64,000 nt of DNA from Peribolospora baueri. Lineage: Eukaryota. Position 1 is the stretch's first letter, and every line of letters begins with the position of its first letter. Below, piece after piece: positions 11,518 through 24,379 of the stretch. The notes beneath the pieces are model-generated. The model had not been told where the DNA came from. It saw only the letters and a list, made by a program, of their open reading frames with translations, and did no database searches. The position numbers and the translations under genes were made by a program. Location: NCBI GenBank assembly GCA_029717555.1, contig JAMDHS010000025.1, positions 62,001-126,000 on the forward strand. Reading direction: 5' to 3'.

Positions 11518-14500
11518 ATGAACTCCTACCCTCCAGAGTTCCTCAATCACCATGTTCCGCTCATGCTCGTCTCCGGCCTCGGCACTGCACCCCGCCCGGG
11601 CCCTGCTGGCGCGCCCAACGGCGGCGATCATCCGCCGACGTCAGCCGCCGATGTGTTCCCTGCGCTGGCTGGTCAGCTGAAGAATATCCTGCTAGCCAGG
11701 GGAAGGCCGGTTGTGTGGGACTCAAGTAGAGGCACCCAACCCATTTTTCACACTGTTCTGGTGGAGAATGTGAGTGTCTACGTTCCAGGCTCGAGACGTT
11801 CGCAAGATTAGGATACCCGGTCTCATCACTTGCTCGACTTTGGCATGCGCAGAATGTTCGTCTTCCGCCTCGCAAGACCAAAGTGGCCCCCTCTTCAGGC
11901 TCCGAAGCTGCTCCTCCGCCGAACGTCCCGGCTCGGTCCCCTCTGTCTCCTCTTCACCCCACTTCTCCTCTTTACCCAGACGGCATCATGGCACCCATCT
12001 GGTTGCGCAAGCACCGCGACATGGTTCCCTCCGTCTTTACAGCCTTTCATACAATTTGGGAACCCGGACAAGCGGATGGGGACTCAAAAGAAAACTACGC
12101 GGAGGTCGAGCGAAGGAATGACCAGGCGCTCATTGCGGATATAGCGGAAAGGAAAAGGAGCGTGGCCGACAGAGGCATCAAGTTGACCGTCGTCCTGTTG
12201 ACTTCGAGGAGGATGCTAGGTAAGCGTGCGACTGAGTATGTGCTGCAGAGATACGGAAAGGGAACCTGACTGGTGCTTCCCTCATGTCCGAAGACAATCC
12301 AAATCTGGAGGCCCGTCTTAGTTTCATCAGACGCTCGTCAGGTCTGGACACCAAAGCCTCCCTGTTTGTCCTCACTCCCGTCAACCAACCTGAGCTGGTA
12401 GAGTTTGTCTCTAGGTAAGCTTCCGTACTTTTTAAATGTTCTGCTTCTTTTTTCCAGATTGTTCTCCGCGTTGATGTTTGCATTTTTCCCTCTCGCAGCT
12501 TGCAAAGGACGCTCTACGACCACGCGCTCGACTTTTATCGGGACCACAGTCGTCGCGTCCGCCGAAAACGAAATCGTCCGGCGCCGTCTTCGAACGCAAG
12601 GAATCGGGACGCGCCGCCGCCGCTGAGCGCTCGCGGCTGGGCTGTGAGAAGCGAATACAAGCTGGCGACCTTTGCTGAGTTTCGACAGGAGCTGGATGTG
12701 GCCTTGAAGTGAGCTTGGTGAAACAGCTGCTACGCTCCATGCACGACGCATTGCTGAGAAGTATTATGGCGTTTTCGGTGCCGAACAGGCACTACGAGAG
12801 TTGCTATTCGGACCTGGCCGACATGTTTGGCTCAACCGTCCTGTTACCTCCACGAACCAAACGGTGGGCGGAAGCCAAGGTGCTGGCCGACTGCATAAAT
12901 CTTAAGGTGAAGCTCCGTGTCTTCCTTGCATCGGTCTCGTGCGTCTTTTGATCGTTGCTCTTTGATAGATTTGCAAGTTTTTCATGTACCAAGAGGAACC
13001 TCAACGCGCCCTCGTCCAGTTCAACCGACACATCTCGAGGTTTCGTGATCTCTCCAATGGATGGGGCATCGGGGATACCACTTTCGAATACTGGTCATGG
13101 CTGTCTAAACAGTGAGCGATTTCATCACCTCTTCACGCTCTTGGACTCAAACGCTGATCACGCTCTGCATGTCAGATACCGCATTTTCGGCGACCTTGTC
13201 GATCTCGCATCTCGCTCGGGTTTCCGCCTTCCTGTACACTCTCCTCAATTGCCGCCCTTCATGCCGAGTCACGCCGTCGCTCCCGGCTCGAGCGCCATGA
13301 ACTTTGCTGCTGGTCCTAATTTTGGTATCACCCCGCTCTTGACGATGCAGCATGCTGGATTTTACTATTACCTCGCGGCCGCGTGTGCGGTAGAGAGAAG
13401 GGACAAGTTTAAGAAACTGGTAGAAAGCCAGGTAAGTGTTTCTTAGCTTCTGTCGTGGCGAGTCGGGGCATCTCAGCCTCACTTACATGTCGCCTGATCT
13501 CCCACATCCCAGTCGGCAACGGCAGATGACGGTCCTCCAACTCCAACAGCCGGCCTTCCGGCTTTGATGCACGAGAAAAAGATCGATCACACCGCGCAAA
13601 TCATCGAGCTGTACACGAGGGCATACGAGACGTTCAAGCGATACAAGACGAATCGCATGACGCTCTTCGTAGCGTCTCATATCGCTCTTGCGTACTACGA
13701 ATCAGAACAGTACGAAATGGCTCTGAGGTCAGTTCTTAATTATTCTTCCTCCACACCTTAACGTTTGCCGTTGTTCACTCGCGCATTGGACCTACAGATT
13801 CTTCGAGCGAATCGCACGGACCTACCGAAGAGAACGCTGGAACGACGTTCTTGGCTCCACCTTGACCCTGGCGGCCGAGTGCGCAAAGCAGATCGACGAT
13901 GTTGAAGCGGGGGTGAAATCGCTTTTTGAGATCGTATCTTCAGGTGCGTTGGCTTCGCGGAGCAAATGGAAAGCGAGCTTGCAAGACGACACGGCCTGTT
14001 CTGACGCTCAGTTGTTTTGCAGCCTCACAAGAAGTGCCATTGTCCTTGCGTCAGCGGGCGGAAACGGAACTGGCGGCGATACTCGAGGTACGGACAGTTA
14101 TGACGAGCTGCTACCTGTTACACATCGGATCATCTGACAAGAACGTGTGTGCACCTTAAGGAAAAGTCGCTGCCGGAAGAGAAGGGACCTGTCCAGATCA
14201 ACGTGACGAGTCTCCAAATCTGTGAGCGTGTTATCCGTCTTCCATTTTCATGCTTTGTGTGCCCAGTTCTGATATTTTTTTGGTCTGCCAGTCGACGTTA
14301 GCGCACTCTTCTGGTATCCTTCGGTCGAGAGTAATCAGCCAGCACCATTTCAGGTGATCATCTCCGCTCCTCTAGGCACATGCATCGGCGCCATCTCCTT
14401 CTCTTCGCTGCGCCTCAGCTTCGGCGACGGTCTGCCCTCACTGGTCGTCAAGCACGAAGGAGCAGACGATAGTGCGACGTTCTACAAAACCGACGTCGGC

Positions 14501-16625
14501 CCCTTTGTCTTGGACGAAGAAGACGTATCCCGACCCTCTCCCTCTGCCGACCTTCGGTGGCCCGAAGGCGGCGTCAGAATCTTTTCGGGCAACTTGTTTT
14601 CAGCGAAGCCTAGGGAACTCAAGGTGTGTAAATGGCTCATCGATAGGCTGTGTGTCATTTCAACTGCATGTGCTAAGTTTTTCCTTGCTTTTCAAAAGAT
14701 TGCCACTATCACTCTGATCAAAGAAGGGCCAGTGCCGGTGGAAGTCGAGTTGGATTGTTCCTTTTCGGATGCCACCCGACCCCTCCTCGGCCCAAAGTGG
14801 TACATAGGGACCACCGAGCGTCTTTCACTCATTCGCATGCGGCCGCGTGCAGATCCCTGTAAAACGGTTGTCAGGCGTCATCAGCACAAATTGGACGTGT
14901 CTTTCCGCCACGCCCATGTCGCTTTTTTGGACGAGCGCTTGCCGATCGAGGTGGAAGTGCGGAACGGTGGGGACGAAGATCTACGCATACATCTCGACGT
15001 ATTCCTGCAAGGGGTAGTAGAGCAGTCTTGTGAGTGCATTTAGAACTTTATGGATTAACTCGGTGGCCACTCACGCTAACGGTGACATTCATTGAACCGG
15101 CACGCTCTACAGCCGATCGCCTCGCTGCTTCTGGACATGATGCTGCAAGTGTCTTAAAGGGACTGTCGCTTGATATGGTGCCGGCGTCATCGACCGCAAA
15201 GGCGACGTTTTATTTGATTGCCTCGGGCTTAGCTGGACAGCGATCCCTCGACGTCTTTGCCCACAGCCAAACACTAAAGGACTCGAAAGCTGACAAGGAC
15301 GACACTGCGGAGCTGGCAGAGTCCGAAGTCCTGCATACCCTTTCTATTCCGGTGGAACCTTTGTTCAACTGCGCCTTTGTTCCTACCTACCGACATCTCC
15401 GAAAGCCCTTCAAAGCTCTGTTAGACTTTGAAGACTCGGAAGAAGACGACAGGTTCGTCGCCGACGCAGCGGCAACTCTGTCGACTGTCCTCACCTGTTT
15501 GGGGCCGACGAGCGTCAGCTTGGAAGGAGTAGCTTTGCAAGCCCAAGTGAGTTTGCAGAAGCTGTATCAGGTCCGTACTGACAGGAAGGTGAAGGGTGAA
15601 GCTGACGAGACGTTCTTGTCAACAGCCCGAGTCTCAACGCATGCGACTTACCATCTCAGGCAACTATGCGAGTAAAGATGATTTTCCGTTGAGTGAGTGG
15701 ACGTGCTCACTGGGCTTCCAGTCCGGACAACGGTCACTGACTCCGGCGATATGTCGACACTGCACATGGCCAGGCCTAGAGGCCGGAGATTCTTTCTCCG
15801 CGCTTTATTCTCTCGAGATTGGGACGAGCGAACTTGAAAGTGAGGCAGAGGACGCGAAGACGCCAGGCGCGTGGTTGGAGATATCTTGGCGAAGGTGAGA
15901 TCAAAACCAGTCGCTAGTTTCTATTGTCATGAGAGACCGTTCACGTTCCTCCACTTCGGACCGACAGATCTTCGGGCGGAGGTGCGGACAGCCCCTTGAA
16001 CGTGTCCCGCCTTGCCGTACCTCCACTTCGACCACCGCTCCTCTCTGTCCACGTTACCGCCTCCCTTCCGCCGGTCGCCTACCTCCAAGATCCCTTCACC
16101 CTCGTTCTTACTCTCTCCAACCCCAGTCAGGCTCTCTCGGCGGACCTCCGCATACATATAGAGTCGTGCGAAGCTTTCGTCTTCGCCGGCCCCCGCCAGC
16201 TCACCGTACCCGTCTTGCTGCCCGGCAGCCAACGCGAGGTGAAGCTCATCATGGTGCCGGTCGCCGTCGGGCGGGTGCAGCTGCCGCGGATCAGAGTCTG
16301 GGATCGCAGAGCCACCTCAGCTGGGGCCGCCGACGGACCCGACGCGGACTTGGTGGAAGAACCGGCCGATCCGTCCGTTTCAGACGATCCCGTGGTCCGA
16401 GCGGCGGCGGCCGAGGAGAAGGAGAGAGCGGTGCCTGTGATAGACCGAAACAAGGGGGTCCCAGGCCGCGAGCTAAGCGTGTTGATGAGGCGAGAGGTCA
16501 GAGGCCCCGATGGGTTGATCTACGAAGAAGACGGCGGGGCACACGATCATGTGGCGGAGGAGCGGTTGCGAGCGGAGGGAGACCTGCCACTCGAGCTCCT
16601 TGTGCTACCTAGTCGACAATCATAG
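11518..16625 (+). CDS. TRAPPC11: Trafficking protein particle complex subunit 11 (Foie gras/Gryzun domains), multi-exon
   Basis: MNSYPPEFLNHHVPLMLVSGL, SPLSPLHPTSPLYPDGIMAPIWLRKH, YYRDHSRRVRRK-type motif (FYRDHSRRVRRK), RGWAVRSEYK, PRTKRWAEAKVLADCINLKI, WGIGDTTFEYWSWLSKQ; C-terminal FVFAGP..LPRIRVWDR. Confidence 0.9.
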
Positions 16626-16832
16626 AGGCGCGCCGCCGCCTTTCTCTCGGAATATAACGATCGATGCGAGGGTCCTCTGCTGGATCGTATTCCCGACACT
16701 CATGCATCCAGCTGTACGCCATGTAAAACGAATTACGAAGCAGGTATCAAAATGTCCCATGACTTTGTGTCCATCTCAGACCGGAATGGGCAGCTCGTCT
16801 CAAACAGGTCAACAACGCCTGACACAATTTCA

Positions 16833-19423
16833 TCACCGCTTCCCCGGTCGCTTGGGACGGCTGAAGCTAGCCTTGACGGCGGGCTCTTCGGCGGATGTGG
16901 CCGTACGCGGGTGGATCTCCGAGTCGAGGAAAGCTGGCGTCAGGTCGGCCGGGTCGGAGGTCTCGATCTGTATGGGGACGACCGGCGGCAAAACGGCACG
17001 AAGGGGGGAGAGTAAGGCGCCGATGGGGAGAGGAGAAGAGTCGACGTGAGCACGATCCAGAACGGACATGGGCAAAGGCTTGGCGGACAACGGGGAGACG
17101 AGCGTGGATCGTATGCGCAATGGAAAGCACCCGCTGTCTAAAGACTCGAATGAAACGAGACCGATGCTCTCCCCGCAAGAGACGTACCTTCTTAGCAATG
17201 GTGAAGATCTTGACCACCGCGGCGAGGAAGGGTTGGGCGGTGGAGGAATAGATCATGCGTTCCTTTACGCTCGAGGAGCCAGGGCAGGAGTAGAGGTGGA
17301 CTGGACGGCAAGGCAAGGCAAGCAAGCCCCATTCGAGAGGCAAGCGAAAGGATTCCAGTCTGAGCCGCTCTCCTTTCACTCTCAAAGGCCATCCCAACCT
17401 CCTGTCCCATTCAAACTCCTACCACTCACCAATAGGACGTTCATCGGCGCCCTCCCACTCATGCTCATATCTATAGAACGCATATCGAGGCTCGTTAGGC
17501 GGCAAGCTCTGGGCCAGTTCAGGAGGAGAGATATTCCAGGGCGGACAAGCGAGTTGGATCAACTCGTGTTCGAGGTCGATGGACTTTTGTTCAAAGTTTC
17601 GTAAACAAGGCGAGCCAGGGCCGGTTCGAGATGGAGCGGGAGGGAAAGGGAAGAGAGAGGGGCAAGGTGGCCAACGACCGTCAGAGGACAGCCGCTTGTC
17701 TTCATCACAGCAGAAACCGCGAGGATTGCTCACCAAGACCACCAAGTTCGCTTCTTCTCTCCCCTCTCCCAAAGCTCTCAGCGCCTCCTCCACGCCGTCA
17801 TCCCAAGGAAAACCCACACCGCTTACGAGTCCGTGCCCCTCGCTGGCCCCGCTGCCCAACAATCCTCCCAGACCACCTCCATTTCCGTACCGTGCAGAGT
17901 TCTCGCTGGCTCTGATGTCCGCCAGATGGCGTTCTTTCTCCGTCAGAAGCGAGGCGGACTCGGTAGAGTTCGAGGGGTTTGTCGATACCGCGAGAGAGAA
18001 GTGGGGAAGTGCGGAGAGAGGCGTGTTGACCGTGTCGGCAGAACCGATGCTCGAGGAGTGGTGGACATGAGCCCGCTCGGCCTGAACCGGAGCTGGCCGT
18101 GACACAGGTTCCTCCTCGTGCGATTTCTCGACCGCAGGGGCTTGTTCTGAACCGGCATCGACAGCACCCGCGTCAGCCACTTCGGTAGTCGCCGTGGGCT
18201 CGTCCTCCATTTCCTCGGGCTGTTGCACCGGCTTCACTTCATGAGCGTCTTCCGCAAGTACGACAGGATCCTCCGCTTTCACCTCGGTTGCCGGTGAGGA
18301 AGCGGGTGCTTCGGACTCGGCGACGACGGGCTTCTCCTTCTCCTCGTTTGAAACGGTGATCGATTCGGGCTCCGGGGACGACTTAGGATGAGATTCCTGG
18401 ACTGGCGGCTCCGGAGCAGCTGGCGGTGCAGGCTCCGGGGAGGGCGACGGCTCTCGTGCAGGCTCCGGGGAAGGGGCGAGAGCAACGGGGGCGGTCGCGA
18501 CAGCCGGAGTGAGGACAGAAGCGGGAGCAGCGACGGGCGCCACATTCGACTCCTGAGGAGTGTTGTTCCTGACCCTTGAGCTGTCGGAACCCGCTCGATT
18601 ACCGCCGGTCTTGAACGAGCTGGGAAGCACCTTTTTCTCGCTCCCCAGTGGATTCTGATAAGCGTGCCTGCGCGACTCGATCTTGGGCAAGGTAAAGTCG
18701 GACGGTTCCGAGGCAAACAGAACGCGCACAAAGTGGAATTCACCAAGCTTATTGATCAGCGGTATTCGAGAGGCGTTAAAGACAATCTTTTCGCGTATCT
18801 GGAAGTCATAGGGGAGAAGAGGTGGGGAGATGACGAAGAGCGAAAAAAGCAGAAACAAAAGACAAGAAATTGGTGGGGATGAGCTTTGCATCGCCAAGGA
18901 AGCTACTGAGCGTGGCTCTGCCTGGGCGAGCCACGCACCTTGACATTGTCGGGGGTATAAGCTAGGAAGAAAGATCGGAGAAGAGAGAGCGAACGATGAG
19001 GCTCTGCCGATGCTCGACGACACGCCCGTGACCGCTCACCATAAAACAGCCATTGCCAATGGCCATTCGCCTGCTTATCGTTCAGCCGATACAAGACATA
19101 CTGAGGCGTGTCCTTCCTCTCCCTGACGAGCTCTGGCACGCTGGCAAAGTCGGCCGCCGCGTCTTCCGAAGCGGCGTCGGCGGTGGTGGAGACGACGAGC
19201 TGCTTTCCGGAGACGACTATGACGATGGCGCGAGGGGCGGTAGGGGAGGGGAGGGAGGAAGAGAAGAGGGAGAGGAGGTCGTGGGAGGGTGGGACGGGGC
19301 TGGGTTGGTGAGCGCGAGACGGCGGTAAGCAGGCGTTGGAGGCGTCATGAGAGCATGGTACAGAGCAGGCTCGCCCGAGCCGATGCGGACGATCGGCGAC
19401 GTTGCGACTCACTCGGAAGCCAT
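16833..19423 (-). CDS. TWF1: Twinfilin (two ADF-H domains) with a long Pro/Glu/Ala-rich linker insertion
   Basis: First ADF-H (PQYVLYRL..WLF..YTPDNVK.REKIVFNASR), linker LLTEKERHLADIR/GVGFPW, second ADF-H (EPRYAFYRY, YSCPGSSSVKERMIYSS), and C-terminal FSRPKRPGKR capping-protein-binding tail. Confidence 0.88.
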
Positions 19424-19814
19424 TTTCCTTTGTTGCCCGTCTCGCGACACCAAATGTGCTTGGGGGACGGGGAGGTGTATGAGGGTGAGGGTTGGCGAAG
19501 TGAGCGAGCAATGGACGTCAGTCGCAGCAACGCGCACGACTGGGCGGAGTGCCGCAGTCGGCGCCGGTGGAGAGGCGTGCGTGTGAACGCGAACGACGAC
19601 AAGCCGCGACGTGGTGGTGCGAACGACGACATTGGGATAGGCCACATAAACGTCTGGCCTGACAGTCGCTCTGCGCTATGGATGGCATCGCGGACTTCTC
19701 TTCTGAAGGGACATGAGTGCTCTCGCACAGTCCCTATTAGTATTTACAAGAAAACCGGTGGCGCCGAGAGAAGCATCGTAAGAGGGCGAGTCAACCGCCG
19801 CCGCTCGCCCGACT

Positions 19815-21445
19815 TCACAGATCCCAATCGAGATCGTCATCGTCCCCCTCCCCCACCCGAGCCTGCCTGCCGCCCGCGGCGCCCGTCCCCGTGCCGGTAC
19901 CGCTCCGAATGCTCCTGTCGACCTTGCGTCTCCGCCCGCCGAAGCCTTCGTCGCTCTCCTCGTCCGAGCCCTCATCCCTCGAACCGGCACTGGCAGAGTG
20001 GAAGGTCGCGGACGCAGAAGAGGGGCCGCCGCCAGGACCAGGGACGAAGACTTGCAAAGCCGGAGGGGCAGGGAGGTTAGACGGGCGGTTGGTCGGGTAG
20101 GCCGGATCAGAGGGATTGGGTGGCAGGAGGGCTCCGGTTAGGAGGAGGAGACTCTCGACGTCTGTTGATATGTGGCGAGTTCAAAAAGATACAAATAAGG
20201 AAGACGGAAGAGGGCATCCACCGTCTCGAACCACACGCCCACTCTCTCATGTTCTCCCATCTTCACTCCCCTCCTCCGTTTGCCATTCACTCACCTTGCA
20301 AAGTAGTCTCCATTCCCCTCAGCCCGTACTGTGAGCCCAGCCCTACGACCTGCGTGAGCAAATCTCCATTGCGGTAGATGAGGAGGGTGGGCAGGTTGCG
20401 GTCCGGGTAGTTCTCGATACACTGAGGACGATGGCGTTGGAGAGGAAGCGACGATGACGATAGCTACGTGTCAATGAACGGCGCAAGAAGAGTTGCCGAG
20501 ATACACGTAGACCTAGCGTAACCCCATGTCGAGGCAGACGAAGGCAGAAAGCTGTCTTACCTGATCGCCGATAATGGACACGAACTTGGTCGACAGATAG
20601 AGGCTGGCCAGTTGCTCGAGGTACTTGCCAAGCAAGGTGCATTCCGGTATTCTGTGCGGGCACGAGGTATTGCGGATGAGCGGGAGGAAGTGGACGCACG
20701 GGAAGGGTGGAAATGGGGGGAGGAAAGAATATCAGAAGAATGGGACGTGGTTCAGGTGCACTGGTTACTGTTCTCTCGCTGAGAAGGACAGACGAGGAAA
20801 AGCCAACACTCACGAGTCTTTGTAGAGGAAACATACCACGCCCGTCCCTTTCCTATTTTCTTTTTCTTCTCCAGCCTCACCACCCTCCTCTTCCCTTTCC
20901 CTGTCCTCCGCATCAGGATCAACCTTACTAGCTTCGGTGACTTCCCTCGTATAATCCGCTCTGCTGATCGGCAACACACTCCCAAACTTTTCTCTCTTCC
21001 TCGCCCTCATCATCTCCTCCATCCTCTTCCTCCGGTAGCTCAACAGGATCTTATTCTCCTCATCCGAATCCCCATCTAGTTCGTCCAGCTCTGCTTCGAG
21101 GGAAGAAAGGGGAGCCGCAGAGAGGCGAGCGTGACGGGCTTCGGAGGGCGTTGGTCGGAGCGAGGCTTCATCATCGTCTGAGGACGGTTCCTTAGGTTTG
21201 GGAGGAAGGATGCCGTGGGCCCGGAGGGCGTCATTGCTGGTTTGGTGCGGGCGGAGGTAGGGGAAAGGAGTCGAAAAGAAGGAGTGCGCACGAAATCAGC
21301 CACCTGGGCAGGTCGGATCGTACTTCCAAGAACGAGCGCGACGGCCACCGGTACAGCGCGACTTAGCTGATGCGCTGGCGCAAGAGCACGGCACAACGTT
21401 AATCAACACCCACAATTCCGTATCTTCGTTGGGATTGACCGCCAT
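19815..21445 (-). CDS. PLP2: Phosducin-like protein 2/3 (thioredoxin fold, CCT co-factor)
   Basis: [81 protein letters not shown]; acidic tail ending DDDDLDWDL. Confidence 0.9.
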
Positions 21446-22042
21446 GGTGAGCAGAGGGCCACGTCTCGCCTCGTCTTGAGTCGATCGTTGCCTCGAGTAA
21501 GCTGCTGTCCCAAGTTCTTGCAGGAAGGACCTCGGAACGAGCGCTGGTGCCGACTGCGGCTTTATGATCGGACGTCAGCCCTTCGGTTCCTCGTGGACGC
21601 ACGACATGGGATTCTCGCGAACCTATGTTTATTCCAACAGGACATCATAAGGAGCGAAGCAAGTTGACAGGATCAAAAGAGGGGTATGTATGGTTCCATG
21701 ATAACGGAGATGCAGCGACATGGAAAGAATGAGCGGCAATGTAATGGAAGTATACTATGCAGCGTGGGATGGCGCAACTATAACGGATGCGAAGCACTGG
21801 ATATCACGAGATCGCTAAGCGAGGGCGGATAGATGGACAGGACCTGGAGCGATGTCGAAGGGAAGAGGTTTTAGGTAGTCCAAGACGCAAGATAGGCGCT
21901 TGGGTGGGCGAGGTGTCGATAGGCGGAGCCGCGCTACTTGTCCGCCTTGATCCAAGGGCGCCTGGCGTCCACACAGCCAGCGGAGACGAAACGAAGCGAC
22001 GACGTCGACGCCTAATCATTCCCCGCGCTTCACCTCCTCATA

Positions 22043-23102
22043 TTAGTCTTCCTCCTCGTTCTCCTCCGTTTCGACATAATCGGCATCCTCAGCGTCCGCT
22101 TTGGCGCTGGCACCGGCGCTGGCGGGCTTAGAACCGAGGACCGTAGCGTTGACTTGGAATTGGACCTAGGAAGTGATTGAGAGGGCGGAACGGGAGTGGA
22201 CGAAGAATTAGTCAAGCGGGCCATTTGGGGCAGCCGCGACTTGAGGAACGAAGCAAAAATACGTCGCGTTCTCACCTGGAGCTTCTCGCCTCCGTGCTCG
22301 AGCTCGATGACGAGTCTCTGTAACCAAATGGATGGCCGGACACAAGGAATAAGGAGACCAGGCCATGAGAACACGCGACATGGCGTCTCACACCATGAGG
22401 TTTGGATTGACTCTCCTCTCTCTGGATGGAGAGCGGCCAAGGCAGCGCGCCGACATACCTTCACTCCGTGCCAACTAAAATGTGAGGTGAAGAAGAAGGA
22501 AGAACCACGTCGTTCGAGTCACGACGATCAGAATGGAGCGAATCGGTGGGGAAGACTTGGAGGGTCTGCGATGCGACGCGATCCTTTGTTTCTCGCCCGC
22601 AGCCAACCTCTCAGTCTGGAGACTCATCTCCTCTGCATCTCACGTCTACTTCGCCCTGCCCTACTGCACGCCTCCACTCCTACCAACCCACCCTCAAAAC
22701 TCACCCAAAAGACCCGCTGGCGTTCTCCCTTGGCGCGAGGTCGAGTTTGGCCAGCTCGGCGGCAGCACCGCGCTTGGAGCCGTCGGAGACGACAACGTGG
22801 AGGTCCTTTGCGTGGGAAAGAAATTCGGAGACGGTCGGTACCGGCTGGCGGGGAAGGCGCGAGGTTAATGTCGGTTTTGGTTTGGGGGAGGGGAACGAGA
22901 GGTCGATCGTCAGTCTGTCTGACGGTAGCCTGGCGAGCATGGAACATGGACACAGCCAGAAGCCGCCAGCCCGACTAAAGCGCACCTTTTTTCCTCCAGC
23001 CTTCTCCTTCCTGTGAGCCTTCTTGGCGGCGTCCTCCACTTTCTTCTCCTTGCTGGCCGACTTGGGCGACGCGGCGGAGGAGGTAGACTTGCGGGGTGCC
23101 AT
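22043..23102 (-). CDS. Small uncharacterised protein: basic N-terminal tail, compact beta-rich core, acidic C-terminal tail (5 exons)
   Basis: Spliced by eye: MAPRKSTSSAASPKSASKEKKVEDAAKKAHRKEKAGGKK|PVPTVSEFLSHAKDLHVVV..LAPRENASGSFG|WHGVK|RLVIELEHGGEKLQ|VQFQVNATVLGSKPA..DYVETEENEEED*. All junctions are GT-AG and in frame. Confidence 0.7.
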
Positions 23103-23475
23103 TTGTCGCGGCGAGCGGGTCGAGGAGGGAATGGAAGTTTTGTACGCGGTTGGGTCCAGAAGAGAAGAAATGTTGAGGGCGCAGTTACGACGACGTCGGA
23201 CGAAGAAGGCCTCCTCTTCTTTCTCTTCTCTTCTTGCTCCTCGCTGGCCCCTTTTAATCGTCGGACATGTAATTTATGTCATATGCAAAGGCACCTGACT
23301 TACGTCACACGTGCATCCGCAGCAGGCACATGACCGCGTATACACGACCCGCGTCTTATCTCGCACCGGCGTGTTTATCAGATCTCATAGCGTATGGGGC
23401 ACCCGATACTGCCAGAGCACTGTTTTTTCGTCCGCAGATTTACCTTCACCTGCTCCATGCCCGATGTTCCAGCCT

Positions 23476-23590
23476 GGGGACATGATGACTCCATAATCCC
23501 AGCTCCCTAACCCGAGCTGATATTTACGGCGAACGCTGCTCCCAGCTTGTCGAGCTCGGGGACGATAGAGTCTGCTGCCTGACCTCCTGG
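23476..23590 (+). ncRNA. Candidate box C/D snoRNA
   Basis: Box C ATGATGA 23482-23488, D'-like CTGA 23517-23520, box D CTGA 23579-23582; short terminal complementarity GGGGA/CCTCC; internal CCCGAGCT/AGCTCGGG stem; lies in a non-coding region. Confidence 0.3.
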
Positions 23591-24379
23591 TTCGTCGTGC
23601 CGTTGACGCACACGGCAACCTGAGTGCGGAAATAAGGAGAGGAGTACTGGGGGAACGGAAGCGTTCGGAGACGGAAAGGAAAGAAACGAGGTTCTCGTGT
23701 CGAAGAGGAATGATTACGTCACGTGCAAATACAAGGTGACAACTCCGGCTCGTCCAGTTAGGAAAACGTATCCATCTACCACCATCTCGAATCAGTACAG
23801 GGTTCAAGAAGGGCCGGAGGGAGGAAGAGAGCCCCCAGAGTTTAGTGAGGCTGAGACATGGGGTGGTCCCTTGGACCAAGAATCTTCAAACTTCACTAAC
23901 TCTCAGTAATGTCGAGATCTCGTTTTGGTTTGCAGTGCTCACCTTGGATCTCCTCATTCCATATCCGGGTGGTCTCTTGGATCAAGAGTCCTCCGCTTCC
24001 GCTCACTAAAGGTCCTCCCCACAGACGAAGAGCGGTCTTCCCAAGGAGAAAAGAATAAAGAGGGCCCGGTTTCTTGCTTGTCCTCCCTCCATCGTCGACC
24101 TAATCCACCTTACTTCTCCATAAACGTTGCCGGCAATACTTCTCCTCCTTTCTCGTCCGGCTTTGCCATAACCACTCTCCATGCCACCCATCACCCTGCG
24201 CCTGCTCCCACACCAACGCCTGAGTCTTCGGCTTCTTTACCGGCGTCTTTATCATTGCGGCGCGCCTGATAGTACGCTATCCTAGCTACAAGCCCCTCTC
24301 ACACCAAGTAAGCGTCGTGAGGAAGTCAGACCTTCGCTTCTTGGGAACAAAACTCTAACATGCCTTGTGGTCCGTAGTC

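Noticed and set aside
23505..23513. CCCTAACCC as a telomerase RNA template or telomere seed
   Set aside because: Only 9 nt; similar short matches occur elsewhere (e.g. ~3415, ~63334) and no supporting structure was identified.
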